64,000 nt of DNA from an uncultured Chloroflexia bacterium (GCA_963731635.1 CAVSWB010000001.1:784691-848690); one strand, 5' to 3'. Shown: positions 19,518 to 29,164, numbered from the stretch's first letter. Numbers and translations are program-made. The notes: a model not told the origin generated them from the sequence alone.

Positions 19518-19787
19518 GTGGACGCAGAACGCAAGCCGGGATGTGGCTCATTCGTGAGGAAGGCAATTCTGCTCGCCGTCCTTGTCGCGCTAGCGGCGAA
19601 GCTGGTCGATCGGCTGCACCCGGAACTGCTGCCGCGTCTGAGGGACCGGATGATGAACTGCGGCTGCGGCGGCTGCGGCGGCAGTTGCGACTGCTGCGGG
19701 ACGGCCGATAGCGCAGCGGCTGCCGATGGCGCGCCGGTGGCCGATAGCGCGCCCGCGGCGGAACCGGCGGCCGAGCCCGCCGACTGA
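19518..19787 (+). CDS. Small membrane-anchored Cys-rich protein
   Basis: GTG after GGGAGAGGG; TM helix followed by 'NCGCGGCGGSCDCCG' and an Ala/Asp/Glu tail. Confidence 0.6.
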   Translation: MDAERKPGCGSFVRKAILLAVLVALAAKLVDRLHPELLPRLRDRMMNCGCGGCGGSCDCCGTADSAAAADGAPVADSAPAAEPAAEPAD

Positions 19788-19803
19788 AGGGAGGCAAGCC
19801 GGG

Positions 19804-20004
19804 ATGGATCAACTGCCCATCTTCCTCATCGGCATAGTCGTCTGGTTGGCCGTCGGACTGGTCTTCCTGCTGAGGTCCGGGCGCGTTCCGGCGCGGCTCG
19901 TCGGCTGGTACCGCCGAGCCGCCTACGCAAGCTTCCTCGTCGCGGGCCTCGACGCCGTACTCGTGCTGGCGATCGCCTCCGGAATCCGACCGCCTCGCTT
20001 CTAG
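19804..20004 (+). CDS. Small two-TM hypothetical protein
   Basis: SD GGAGG, 66 aa, hydrophobic. Confidence 0.55.
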   Translation: MDQLPIFLIGIVVWLAVGLVFLLRSGRVPARLVGWYRRAAYASFLVAGLDAVLVLAIASGIRPPRF

Positions 20005-20312
20005 AGCGCCGTTCCCGCGATCAGGCGCTTGCTGAACATGGCGGCGCTGTCCGGGCAGGCGCCGGTGAACTCGGCCGACGTGGTCAGCGCCGCCGGAGTG
20101 GCGGCCCTGTCCGCGGTCGTGTAGCCGAGGCGCGGGAACCACGCACCGGCAGTCTCGGTGAGCAGGTACAGCTCGGCGATCCCCGCCGGTCTGGCCAGCG
20201 ACTCGGCTTCGGCCACGAGCCTGCGTCCCAGTCCGGTGCCCCGAACGTCCTCGGCCACGCAGACGGAGCGCAGCAGCCCGAGCGAACCATGCGGCTCGAT
20301 GGCGGCACAGCC
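20001..20312 (-). pseudogene. 5'-truncated ArsN2-like GNAT acetyltransferase
   Basis: 'GCAAIEPHGSLGLLRSVCVAEDVRGTGLG...LYLLTETA...EFTGACPDSA'; N-terminal part is replaced by antisense arsR sequence. Confidence 0.8.
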
Positions 20313-20631
20313 CTCAGACCCCGACGTGCTCTTGCTGCAGGCGATCGCCGACCCGACGCGGCTGGCAATACTCCGCCAGCTGAGCGTCGAGGGTGCCGTC
20401 TGCGCCTGCGATTTCACCGACTGTTGCACCGTCGGCCAGTCCACGATCTCGCACCATCTCAAGGTTCTGCGCGCCGCCGGCTGGGTCGAGAGCGAGCGGC
20501 GCGGCACGTGGATCTACTACTCGATAAGAGCCGAGGCACTGGGTCGGCTGCGGCAGCTCGCCGGCGAGCTCGTGCCCGGCATCGCCCGCCCGGCCAACGA
20601 GCTGTCCGCGACCATCCTCGCGACGAACTAA
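20299..20631 (+). CDS. arsR: ArsR/SmtB family metalloregulator (start codon derived from arsN2 antisense)
   Basis: 'AIADPTRLAILRQL', 'VCACDFTDCC', 'QSTISHHLKVLR', 'ERRGTWIYY'. Confidence 0.85.
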   Translation: MAAQPSDPDVLLLQAIADPTRLAILRQLSVEGAVCACDFTDCCTVGQSTISHHLKVLRAAGWVESERRGTWIYYSIRAEALGRLRQLAGELVPGIARPANELSATILATN

Positions 20632-20682
20632 GGCGCGCTGAGCGGCGCCCGGCGAGGGTCGAGATCTACGGCTGAACCTGCG

Positions 20683-21639
20683 CTAGGCGGCAGTTTCCGC
20701 CAGGGTCGCCGGAAGGAGCGGCGGGACGCCCAGCTCGGGCTGGGCGACGGTCCTCGGGGCCGCGACAGGGACCGGGACCGGGGCCGCGACCGGGATCGGC
20801 AAATTCGGGTAGAAGCGCCGTAGCGCCTCCAGCACGCCATCTTCCGCGGACGTCGGAACCACGAAGGTAGCCTCCAGGGCGACGTTCGGTGGGGCGTTCC
20901 GCATTGCGGCGCTGACACCCGCGATTCGGAGCATCTCCAGGTCGTTCGGGCCGTCGCCGATGGCAGCTGTCTGGTCGCGAGCGATCCCCATGGAGCGTGC
21001 CACGGTCGCAAGCGCCCGGCCTTTGTTCGTGCCTCGGCTGAGAAGCTCCACGCCGAGGTTGTCGGCCCAGACCACGGAAGCGGTGGCGCCGAAGCGCGCC
21101 TGCAGGGCTCTCACCACCGTCGTGTGGATGGCCGGGCCGGTCGGGAAGTAGGTCCGGATCACAGCGTCGCCCGCCACGGTGTCGAGCGAAGGCTCCATCC
21201 GCAGCTTCGACTGCACCACGAAATGGGGCAGGTCATTCGGGAAGCTGGCTCCCGGCGTGAGCTCGGCCGCGAAACCGTCCAGCAGGCAGAGCGTCGGACT
21301 CAAACCCCACGCGCGAGCGAACTCGAGATGCGACCGAACGTCGTCGGGTCGGAGGGTTCGCGACCATTCGACCTTGCCCGTGACCGGCGAACCGAACATG
21401 GCGCCGCTCATCGAGATCTGCGGGCCCGTCAGGCCGAGCTCGAGGCAGACCTGCTCGGCGCCCATCGGGCTGCGAGCGGTTGCCAGTACGACTGTCACTC
21501 CTGCTTCCCGAACGCTGGCGATAGCGTCGCGGACGACGGGCCTGACCAGACCGTTGGGATCGAGGAGGGTGCCATCCAAATCGATGGCGAGCAGCTTGGG
21601 CTGCCCCGAGGACCTCAGTCCTCTATCGAGACTCTTCAT
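20683..21639 (-). CDS. Cof-type HAD-IIB hydrolase
   Basis: 'LAIDLDGTLL', 'ATAR', 'NKGRAL', 'AIGDGPNDLEML'. Confidence 0.92.
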   Translation of the reverse strand: MKSLDRGLRSSGQPKLLAIDLDGTLLDPNGLVRPVVRDAIASVREAGVTVVLATARSPMGAEQVCLELGLTGPQISMSGAMFGSPVTGKVEWSRTLRPDDVRSHLEFARAWGLSPTLCLLDGFAAELTPGASFPNDLPHFVVQSKLRMEPSLDTVAGDAVIRTYFPTGPAIHTTVVRALQARFGATASVVWADNLGVELLSRGTNKGRALATVARSMGIARDQTAAIGDGPNDLEMLRIAGVSAAMRNAPPNVALEATFVVPTSAEDGVLEALRRFYPNLPIPVAAPVPVPVAAPRTVAQPELGVPPLLPATLAETAA

Positions 21640-21892
21640 GACTCGATACTGGGCCAGGCTGTCAAGTTGGGTATTGCCGGCGGGTTAACGTTCCGTTCCG
21701 GTGACGGCCGTCCCGCGGGCCGCGCCGTCCTTCGAGAGCGCCACGGTTGCGCTGGCGCGGTCGCCGCCTCGCCCAGGCCTCGGCGGCGGCGCGAGTCGGA
21801 CTCGTGACGATCGGAACGCATCCCGTGGCCGGACCTCGACTCCGGGCGGGCGTGCTTCACTGCGTTCGTGGGTTCGTACTGAGGAGAACCGG

Positions 21893-22351
21893 ATGGCAAC
21901 GCTTTCCGATGCGGAGTCCGCCGCGGCGATCCGCTCGCACCATGCGGAGCTGCAAGCCTCGCTTGGCAAGCGCGTCGCGGCATTGACCGAAGCTGTCCGA
22001 GCCGGCCATAAGCCCGAACCGGCCCGACTTGCGGTTCTGGAATTCCTCGACGTCGAACTGCTGCCGCACGCTGCGGCCGAGGAGCGATCGATCTATCCGG
22101 CGGGTGCGCGGGGCGGCACGGCGATGCTGGTGCGCGCGATGGTTGAAGAGCACCGGAACCTTGTGGCCCACGTGGACGTCCTGCGGACGCCGACCGAACC
22201 AATCGAAGCAGTTGGGACGGCCAGGGAGATCCAGGCGCTCTTCGAGTCGCACCTCTCCAAGGAGAACGACCTGCTGCTTCCCGCGCTCGTGGCGGACCCG
22301 AGCGTGTCGCTCGGCGAACTCCTGGCCGGCATGCACGAGATCCTGGGTTAG
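21893..22351 (+). CDS. Hemerythrin (HHE) domain protein
   Basis: SD GAGGAG; 'HH', 'PHAAAEERSIYP', 'EEH', 'HLSKENDLLLP'. Confidence 0.88.
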   Translation: MATLSDAESAAAIRSHHAELQASLGKRVAALTEAVRAGHKPEPARLAVLEFLDVELLPHAAAEERSIYPAGARGGTAMLVRAMVEEHRNLVAHVDVLRTPTEPIEAVGTAREIQALFESHLSKENDLLLPALVADPSVSLGELLAGMHEILG

Positions 22352-22353
22352 GC

Positions 22354-25300
22354 ATGACCGACCAGCGCGCCCTTCGCGAGCCCGTTCCGGCCGGGTCCGT
22401 GCCGATCAAGGGGGTTGGCGCGCGCCTGGTGGCCAATATGACGGCGAGTCTGGCCATACCGACCGCGACTTCCTTCCGCGAGCTCCCGGTGGATGCGCTC
22501 GTGGCCCGGCGGCGGCAGCTCAACGCTGCCATTGCGCCCGCCCGGCTGTCATTCACTCACCTGATCGCCTACGCCGTGGCTCAGGCCGCGGCCGTGCATC
22601 CGGCGCTGGGCGCGCATTTCGAGGAGATCGATGCACGACCGTATCGGGTGGATCCGGCCGGCATAAACCTGGGTCTGGCCGTTGACGTGGTCGGCCGCGA
22701 CGGCCAGTCGTTCCTGGTCGTGCCCGTGATGCGCGGCGCCGACGAGCTGGACTTCGGGGAGTTCCGGAGCCGCTACGACGATCTCGTGAGCCGTGCCCGC
22801 GCCGGCCGTCTCTCGCCCGACGACCTGGCGGGCGCCAGCCTCACGCTCACGAACCCCGGAACGGTGGGCACCACTGCCTCCGTCCCGCGTTTGATGCCCG
22901 GCCAGGGGGCCATCGTCGCCACCGGTGCGATCCGGCAGGGTCCGACCGGGCCGGTCATGACGGTCAGCAGCACCTACGACCACCGCGTCACCCAGGGCGC
23001 CGAATCGGGGCGTTTCCTGGCGACGCTGGAGCAATTCCTGGCCGGCGCCGACGGATTCTACGAGGCGGTCGCCGAGGGCCTGGGCCTGGCGTCATCGACT
23101 TTCGCCGGCCCCGCCCCGACCGACGGCCCTTCGCCCAAATCGTCTGTCGGCCTGGCCGAGGTCGCGGCCGGCGTCGACCTGGTGCGCTCGTTTCGACATT
23201 TCGGCCACCGTGCCGCAGACCTGGACCCGCTCGGCAGCCCGCCGCCCGGCGACGAGGCTCTGGATCCGGCCTCCTGGGGCTTGACCGGGGAGAGCCTGGC
23301 GCGGATTCCGGCCGATGTCCTTCGTGTCGGCCTGCCCGCGAGGACTCTGGCGGATGTCGTGCGAGAGCTTCGAGCCACCTACTGCGGCACGATCGCCTAT
23401 GAGGTAGAGCACATCAACAGTCACGAGGAGCGGGCCTGGCTGCGGCGGGCGATCGAGACGGGCGAACAACGCGCTCAACTCAGCCGCCCCGAAAAGGTCC
23501 GGCTCCTCGAGCGCCTGACCGCCGTGGAAACCTTCGAGCGGTTCCTGGGGAGGAGCTATCTCGGCCAGAAGCGCTTCTCGATCGAGGGCCTGGATGTTCT
23601 GGTGCCGATGCTCGACCGCCTCATCGAACTCGCCGGTCCGGGCGGCGCCCGAACAGTCGAGATCGGCATGTCCCACCGCGGCCGGCTGAGCGTGCTGGTC
23701 AATGTCGTCGGGATTCCGGAAGCCACCATTTTCGAGGAGTTCGAGCAAGGTCGGCCCACTGTCCAGGCCGATCCGGCGGCGGAGGGCGAGACGAGCGACG
23801 TCAAATACCACCGCGGCGCCCACGGCACACGTTCGACCGCCGGTCGAGCGGTGCGAGTCAGCGTCTCGTCAAACCCGAGCCACCTCGAAGCCATCGACCC
23901 CGTCGTCGAGGGCAGGGCACGAGCCGAGCAGACCGATCTCACCAGCCCGACGGCCGGCCTGGATCCGAGGCTCGCGGTTCCCGTGCTGATCCACGGCGAC
24001 GCCGCTTTCGCCGCGCAGGGCGTTGTTGCCGAAACCTTCAACCTGGCCCGACTGCCCGCCTACAGCACCGGCGGCACGATCCATCTGATCGGCGACAACC
24101 AGCTGGGTTTTACGGTCGAACCCGTCGCGGCCCGGTCGACGGACTACGCCAGCGACCTCGCCAAAGGCTTCGACGTACCGATCGCCCACGTCAATGCCGA
24201 CGATCCCGAAGCCTGCCTCTCGGCCATCCAGCTTGCTGTCGCCTACCGCGAGCGCTTCCACGGCGATTTCCTTGTCCATGTCGTGGGCTACCGGCGCCAC
24301 GGCCACAGCGAGGAGGACGAGCCGGGATACACCCAGCCGCTCATGTACGAACGGATCGCGTCGCATCCGACCGTTCGAGAGGTTTACATGCGCCGGCTCG
24401 TCGATGAGGGCGCGCTCGATCCGGCGGCCGGAGAGGCGATGGCGGCCGCGGCGCAGACGCGCCTGGCGGAGGTGCGCGAGCTCGTGGCCCGGGAGGCCGG
24501 CGGGGGCGGGGGCGGGGTCGGGGGTCCGGCGGCGGAAGAGGCACCAGCGGGTCAACGCGGCGAATCGGCGGTTCTCGTGGGCCCAAAGCCGCGCGGAAAG
24601 CGAATGCGTGCAGGAACCCACGCCACTGCGGTGCGGGCAACCACTCTGAGGGCTATCAACGAGGATCTCCTCCGCATCCCGGCCGGATTCACCGTCCACC
24701 CCAAGCTCGCACCGCAACTCGAGCGCAGACGGGAGGCGCTCGGCGCCGATGGCCGCATCAACTGGAGCCAGGCCGAAGCGCTGGCGTTGGGTTCGCTTCT
24801 GCTCGACGGCATACCGATCCGGCTGACCGGCCAGGACACCGAGCGCGGCACTTTCAGCCAGCGACACCTGGTTCTCCACGACGCGACCGACGGCAGGCGT
24901 TTCGTTCCCATCGAGCACCTGACTGGGGCACGAGCGACGATCCAGCTGCACGACAGTCCGCTGTCGGAGCTCGCCTGTCTGGGCTTCGAGTACGGCTTCG
25001 CGGTGGAGGCGCCCAACGCGCTTGTCCTCTGGGAGGCCCAGTACGGGGACTTCGCCAACGGCGCCGAGGTAGTGATCGACCAGTTCATCATTGCCGGCCT
25101 GGCCAAGTGGGGAGAGACTTCCCGGCTGACGCTTCTGCTGCCACACGGCTACGAGGGCCAGGGACCGGAGCATTCGAGCGCACGGCTGGAGCGCTATCTG
25201 GCGCTGGGCGCGGAAGACAACCTCCGGGTGGTGAATTGCACCACGCCGGCCCAGTATTTCCATCTGCTGCGCGACCAGGCTCTCCGGCCGGTCGCCCGTC

Positions 25301-25785
25301 CCCTGGTTCTGATGGCGCCCAAGAGCCTGCTCCGGCTTCCCATCGCCACCTCCAGCCTGGCGGACTTGACCCGCGGCGACTTCGAACCGGTCCTCGGGGA
25401 TCCCGATCGCGCCGCCGGCAGGAAAATCGTTCGGCGGCTCGTGTTATGCAGCGGCCGGTTCTACTACGACCTGCTGTCATCGCCGCTCCGCGCCGAGGCA
25501 AGCGACACGGCCGTTGCCCGCATCGAGCTGCTGTATCCGTTTCCGGCAGCGGAACTGGGCCGGCTTATCGGCGGATATCCCGCCCTGGAGACGGTGGTAT
25601 GGGCTCAGGAAGAGCCGCGCAATATGGGCGCGCGCAAATTCGTGCTGCCGGAGATTCGCGACCTGCTCCCCCCGAATGTTGCGCTCCTCGACGTTTCGCG
25701 GCCGGAACGTTCGAGCCCGGCCGAGGGCTACGCGGCCGCCCACAGGGCTCAGCAGCGCGCTCTCGTGGCGGAGGCGCTTGGGTAG
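22354..25785 (+). CDS. kgd: Multifunctional 2-oxoglutarate dehydrogenase/decarboxylase (E2-like acyltransferase domain fused to E1o)
   Basis: N-terminal 'STYDHRVTQGAESG', 'GQKRFSIEG', 'GDVKYH'-like motif, 'HGDAAFAAQG', 'LLPHGYEGQGPEHSSARLER'. Confidence 0.93.
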   Translation: MTDQRALREPVPAGSVPIKGVGARLVANMTASLAIPTATSFRELPVDALVARRRQLNAAIAPARLSFTHLIAYAVAQAAAVHPALGAHFEEIDARPYRVDPAGINLGLAVDVVGRDGQSFLVVPVMRGADELDFGEFRSRYDDLVSRARAGRLSPDDLAGASLTLTNPGTVGTTASVPRLMPGQGAIVATGAIRQGPTGPVMTVSSTYDHRVTQGAESGRFLATLEQFLAGADGFYEAVAEGLGLASSTFAGPAPTDGPSPKSSVGLAEVAAGVDLVRSFRHFGHRAADLDPLGSPPPGDEALDPASWGLTGESLARIPADVLRVGLPARTLADVVRELRATYCGTIAYEVEHINSHEERAWLRRAIETGEQRAQLSRPEKVRLLERLTAVETFERFLGRSYLGQKRFSIEGLDVLVPMLDRLIELAGPGGARTVEIGMSHRGRLSVLVNVVGIPEATIFEEFEQGRPTVQADPAAEGETSDVKYHRGAHGTRSTAGRAVRVSVSSNPSHLEAIDPVVEGRARAEQTDLTSPTAGLDPRLAVPVLIHGDAAFAAQGVVAETFNLARLPAYSTGGTIHLIGDNQLGFTVEPVAARSTDYASDLAKGFDVPIAHVNADDPEACLSAIQLAVAYRERFHGDFLVHVVGYRRHGHSEEDEPGYTQPLMYERIASHPTVREVYMRRLVDEGALDPAAGEAMAAAAQTRLAEVRELVAREAGGGGGGVGGPAAEEAPAGQRGESAVLVGPKPRGKRMRAGTHATAVRATTLRAINEDLLRIPAGFTVHPKLAPQLERRREALGADGRINWSQAEALALGSLLLDGIPIRLTGQDTERGTFSQRHLVLHDATDGRRFVPIEHLTGARATIQLHDSPLSELACLGFEYGFAVEAPNALVLWEAQYGDFANGAEVVIDQFIIAGLAKWGETSRLTLLLPHGYEGQGPEHSSARLERYLALGAEDNLRVVNCTTPAQYFHLLRDQALRPVARPLVLMAPKSLLRLPIATSSLADLTRGDFEPVLGDPDRAAGRKIVRRLVLCSGRFYYDLLSSPLRAEASDTAVARIELLYPFPAAELGRLIGGYPALETVVWAQEEPRNMGARKFVLPEIRDLLPPNVALLDVSRPERSSPAEGYAAAHRAQQRALVAEALG

Positions 25786-25946
25786 TCACCGAGAGTCCGC
25801 AGCCATCTCCATTAGGGAGCTCGTGGCGCGCGAACGGTTCCAGCTCGGGACCGGGGCGCGCGATCAGGCGCTCGGACAGGTCCACCAGGCCGACCGCGGG
25901 CGACCGGCTGCGGCGACCGGCTGCGGTTGCGGCGTACCATTCTCCG

Positions 25947-27011
25947 ATGGCCGACCGCTCGGGTTTCGTGATTTCTCGTGGAATCAACATCAGCCACTGG
26001 CTCTCGCAGGACTTTGGCTGGGTGCGCCGAGAGGATTTCCTCGAGCGCGACGACGTGTCCGAAATCGCGCGTCTTGGTTTCGACCACGTCCGCTTGCCGA
26101 TCGACGAGAAGGAGCTGTGGACGCCGGACGGCAAGCTGAACGAGCCCGAATTCGACCGGTTGCTCGAGGGGATCGCCTGGAGCCTGGAGGCCGGCCTTCG
26201 GGTGATCGTCGACCTCCACACGCTCAACAGCCACCACTTCAACGCCGCGAACGACGGCGGCCACATCACCCTGTGGACGGACGGCGGTGCCCAGCGGAAA
26301 TTCCTGGAGCTGTGGCGGGATCTGTCGGCGCGATTGGGCCACCTGCCCACGGCGGATGTCGCGTACGAGTTTCTCAATGAACCCGTCGCCGACGATCACG
26401 AGGCCTGGAATAAGCTCGTGCGCCAGGCATACGAACTGCTGCGAGACCTGGAACCGACTCGAGTCTTTGTCGTGGGCTCCAACCGCAACCAGCAGTCGGA
26501 GTTCATGCCCTTCCTCGACGTGCCCGTCGGCGACCCGAACATCATCCTGAGCGTCCATAACTACGCTCCGCTGGTCCTCACGCACTACCGCGCTTACTGG
26601 GCCTCGTTTCCGAACTTTGCGGGGTCCGTCCGTTATCCGGGACAGGTCGTCGACCCGGCAGAGTGGGCGGCCCTGCGCGCGGACGGCTCGGCCAGGCTGC
26701 TGGAGGAGACGCGCGACGCGATCCAGGACTGGGGCCCGGAAGCCCTGCGCCGATTATTCGCTCCTGCAATCGAGCGAGCGCGCGACCTTGGGCTTCAGCT
26801 CTACTGCGGGGAATTCGGCTGCCTGCCCACAATCGAGCGCCGCCAGAGGCTTGCGTACTACCGCGACATCACAGCGGTCATGGCCTCGGCCGGGATGGCC
26901 TGGGCAGCCTGGGAGTGGAAAGGGGACTTCGGCATCCACGCCTGGCAGGGCCCGGGCGAGCTGGACACGCCAATCGACGAAGAACTCGTTGCGATTCTCG
27001 TGTCACGGTAA
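25947..27011 (+). CDS. Glycoside hydrolase family 5 (cytoplasmic, no signal peptide)
   Basis: 'RGINISHWLSQ', 'FDHVRLPID', 'YEFLNEP' (acid/base), 'YCGEFG' (nucleophile). Confidence 0.9.
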   Translation: MADRSGFVISRGINISHWLSQDFGWVRREDFLERDDVSEIARLGFDHVRLPIDEKELWTPDGKLNEPEFDRLLEGIAWSLEAGLRVIVDLHTLNSHHFNAANDGGHITLWTDGGAQRKFLELWRDLSARLGHLPTADVAYEFLNEPVADDHEAWNKLVRQAYELLRDLEPTRVFVVGSNRNQQSEFMPFLDVPVGDPNIILSVHNYAPLVLTHYRAYWASFPNFAGSVRYPGQVVDPAEWAALRADGSARLLEETRDAIQDWGPEALRRLFAPAIERARDLGLQLYCGEFGCLPTIERRQRLAYYRDITAVMASAGMAWAAWEWKGDFGIHAWQGPGELDTPIDEELVAILVSR

Positions 27012-27103
27012 CTGTCACGATCTTCCCGACCGGCTCGTGCTCGTCCCACCCGGCTTGGCACACACGTTCGGCAACCTTGGCTCGATCGGAGGCGCCGGAA
27101 CTC

Positions 27104-27532
27104 TCATGGTCCGATATACCCGTCGTCGAGAAGCCGGAATACTTGCCCGCCCGGAGCGACGAAGTAGGTGCGGTTGCTCCCGGGATGTCGAAACTGTGGG
27201 ATCCCGGCTGCGGAGAGTTGGGTCGTGCATCCGGCCGGGTCGCTTGTCCGGAATTCGATCCAGGCTCCGCGAAGAGCCGAGTCGTCGGTTACCGCCTCGT
27301 TTGCCGGTCCGGCGGGCGCGAGTTCGCTCGTCTCGACGCCGAACGAACTGCCGTCGCCAAACCGGACCAGCGCGATTGGCTGGCCCAGCCCGAAGTCCAA
27401 TTCAGCGACGTTGCAGTCGAGGACATCCCGAAAGAGGGTCACGAACCGCTCACGTGACTCGGGCCGCACAAAGAGATGGACCCGCGCGCCGAGGCCGGTT
27501 ATCCCGGGCCGACTGGCTGTCTCGCGATCCAT
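27104..27532 (-). CDS. VOC/glyoxalase-like protein
   Basis: 'LFRDVLDCNV', 'AWIEFRT', 'YFVAPGGQVFRL'; coupled (TAGATG) to the upstream remnant. Confidence 0.6.
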   Translation of the reverse strand: MDRETASRPGITGLGARVHLFVRPESRERFVTLFRDVLDCNVAELDFGLGQPIALVRFGDGSSFGVETSELAPAGPANEAVTDDSALRGAWIEFRTSDPAGCTTQLSAAGIPQFRHPGSNRTYFVAPGGQVFRLLDDGYIGP

Positions 27533-27802
27533 CTATTGGTTCGCCGCCATAGCCGCCTCTTCGGTCCGCCCGGCGAGTGACTGGAGGAACTCGGGCCAGC
27601 GTCGCATGTCATAGAGCAGCGTGATCGATCTGATTCGGTCGCCGTCGATCGTCAGCAACTCACCTGAGAGCACGGCGCCGGCCGGCGTGTCCGTCACGAA
27701 GTCATACAGAATGAAGGCCTGGTTGCCCTCGACGAGGATCGTCCTGATGTCGTTTCGAACAATGGCGGGGCTGAGCCGCCGGAGCCCGGCCATGTATTTG
27801 GC
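27533..27802 (-). pseudogene. 5'-truncated SnoaL/NTF2-like protein
   Basis: 'KYMAGLRRL...FILYDFVTDTPAG...GDRIRSITLLYD'; no N-terminus or start codon. Confidence 0.65.
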
Positions 27803-28174
27803 CGGTTCCTGGGCGAGCCGCTTCCGACCGACGTGTTCATCCCGAGCGCGTATTTCGTTGCGATGCGAGCCTCGTTCCGTCCGGAAAGGGCCCTGGCGCT
27901 CAACGAGCGCTATGAGTTCCAAATCGACGGCCATGTCTTCGAGGTTACCGTCGCCGATGGCCAATGCACGACCCGCGAGGGCGGTTCGACCAACCCGACG
28001 GTGACAGCTTCGATGGACGTGCGGACGCTCAACGGGATCCTGCTCGAGGGGCTCCGGCCTGGCGACGGAATCGCGGACGGCCGCATCGAGGTCGAAGGGG
28101 ATCCCGGCGCACTGGACCGTTGTCTGGGAGTGTTTGCTATTCGTCCGTCCGGGGCGAGATCGCCGTCGGGCTGA
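27800..28174 (+). pseudogene. 3' remnant of HxlR-type wHTH + SCP2 regulator
   Basis: 'GRFLGEPLPTDVF...ASFRPERA...YEFQIDG...GRIEVEGDPGAL'; HTH half missing. Confidence 0.65.
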
Positions 28175-28230
28175 GGCCAACCAGCAGGCGAACCAGGACC
28201 GGGTCACATCGCGAGTGGGACAATCAGCTC

Positions 28231-28581
28231 ATGACGACTCTGCTGATCCTGAACGACCCGCCATACGGCACCGAGCGGTCATACAACGGCCTCCGTCTCG
28301 CACTGGCCCTCTCGAAGGTCGAAGGCGCCGAGGTGCGGGTGTTCCTCATGGGAGACGCTACAGGCTGCGCGAAACGCGACCAGAAGACGCCCGACGGCTA
28401 CTACAACCTCGAACGGATGCTCAAGGGTCTTGCTGTCAAGTCGATCCCCATCGGCGCCTGTGGTACCTGCATGGATGCTCGGGGTTTCGTCGAGACGGAG
28501 CTGACCGATGGCGTCCACCGCTCGTCGATGGCTGAACTCGCCGCGTGGACCCTGGAATGTGAGAGGGCGCTGGTGTTCTGA
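28231..28581 (+). CDS. DsrE/YchN family sulfur-relay protein
   Basis: 'ILNDPPYGTERSYNGLRLA', 'FLMGDA', 'CGTCMDARG'. Confidence 0.9.
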   Translation: MTTLLILNDPPYGTERSYNGLRLALALSKVEGAEVRVFLMGDATGCAKRDQKTPDGYYNLERMLKGLAVKSIPIGACGTCMDARGFVETELTDGVHRSSMAELAAWTLECERALVF

Positions 28582-28675
28582 GGTGGGAGCGGCCTAAGTC
28601 TTTCGCCCGACAATTCCAAAGTGATAGGGCGGCAGATCGACTACGTCTCCGGCGCCTCGTCGTCTAAGTCTCTGG

Positions 28676-29122
28676 TCATGGCTTCAGTGCGACTCGTGGC
28701 ACGACGATGAGTTCGCTCTCCGGAGCCACGCCGCGGAGGATCGCATTGATCGCGGCCCCGTCGGTTGTTGCTATCCGGTAGAGCTCCGCCAGCCTCGCGG
28801 CCGGTTCGTCGCTCGTGAGGATCAGCCGGTAGCGAAGCGGGTCGATGCCGAGCGGCTCCGTGCGCTTCGCCGCGTCGACCACGACCTCTGCGCCATCGAT
28901 GACTAGACCCATCTCGGCGGCCTTGCGAGTCACGTTCGAGAGGATGCAGCTACCCAGTGCGGCAAGCAGGAGTTCGGGTGGCGTGAAACCCGAGGTTGGA
29001 TCGCCGCCCTTGATGGCCAGCTCGATGGACTGGCCGTGCGCCTCCGCACGAGCGGTCGTCTGGGTTGTACGCGTCACACCGACATGGAAACGCGGGGTTT
29101 GGTCATGAATCTCGGCGCTCAT
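28676..29122 (-). CDS. OsmC-like protein (single conserved Cys)
   Basis: SD AAGGAG; 'GFTPPELLLAALGSCI'. Confidence 0.85.
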   Translation of the reverse strand: MSAEIHDQTPRFHVGVTRTTQTTARAEAHGQSIELAIKGGDPTSGFTPPELLLAALGSCILSNVTRKAAEMGLVIDGAEVVVDAAKRTEPLGIDPLRYRLILTSDEPAARLAELYRIATTDGAAINAILRGVAPESELIVVPRVALKP

Positions 29123-29164
29123 CGCGCTCCTTTTGGTCTCTGGGATGAAGTGGCCGTCTTGACG

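Noticed and set aside
19363-20142. 700-aa TelA fusion
   Set aside because: The extension is antisense to two small plus-strand genes; TelA similarity starts near 19362.
25107-25946. 634-aa GH5 with long N-terminal domain
   Set aside because: It overlaps the kgd 3' end in another frame; GH5 motifs start at 25947.
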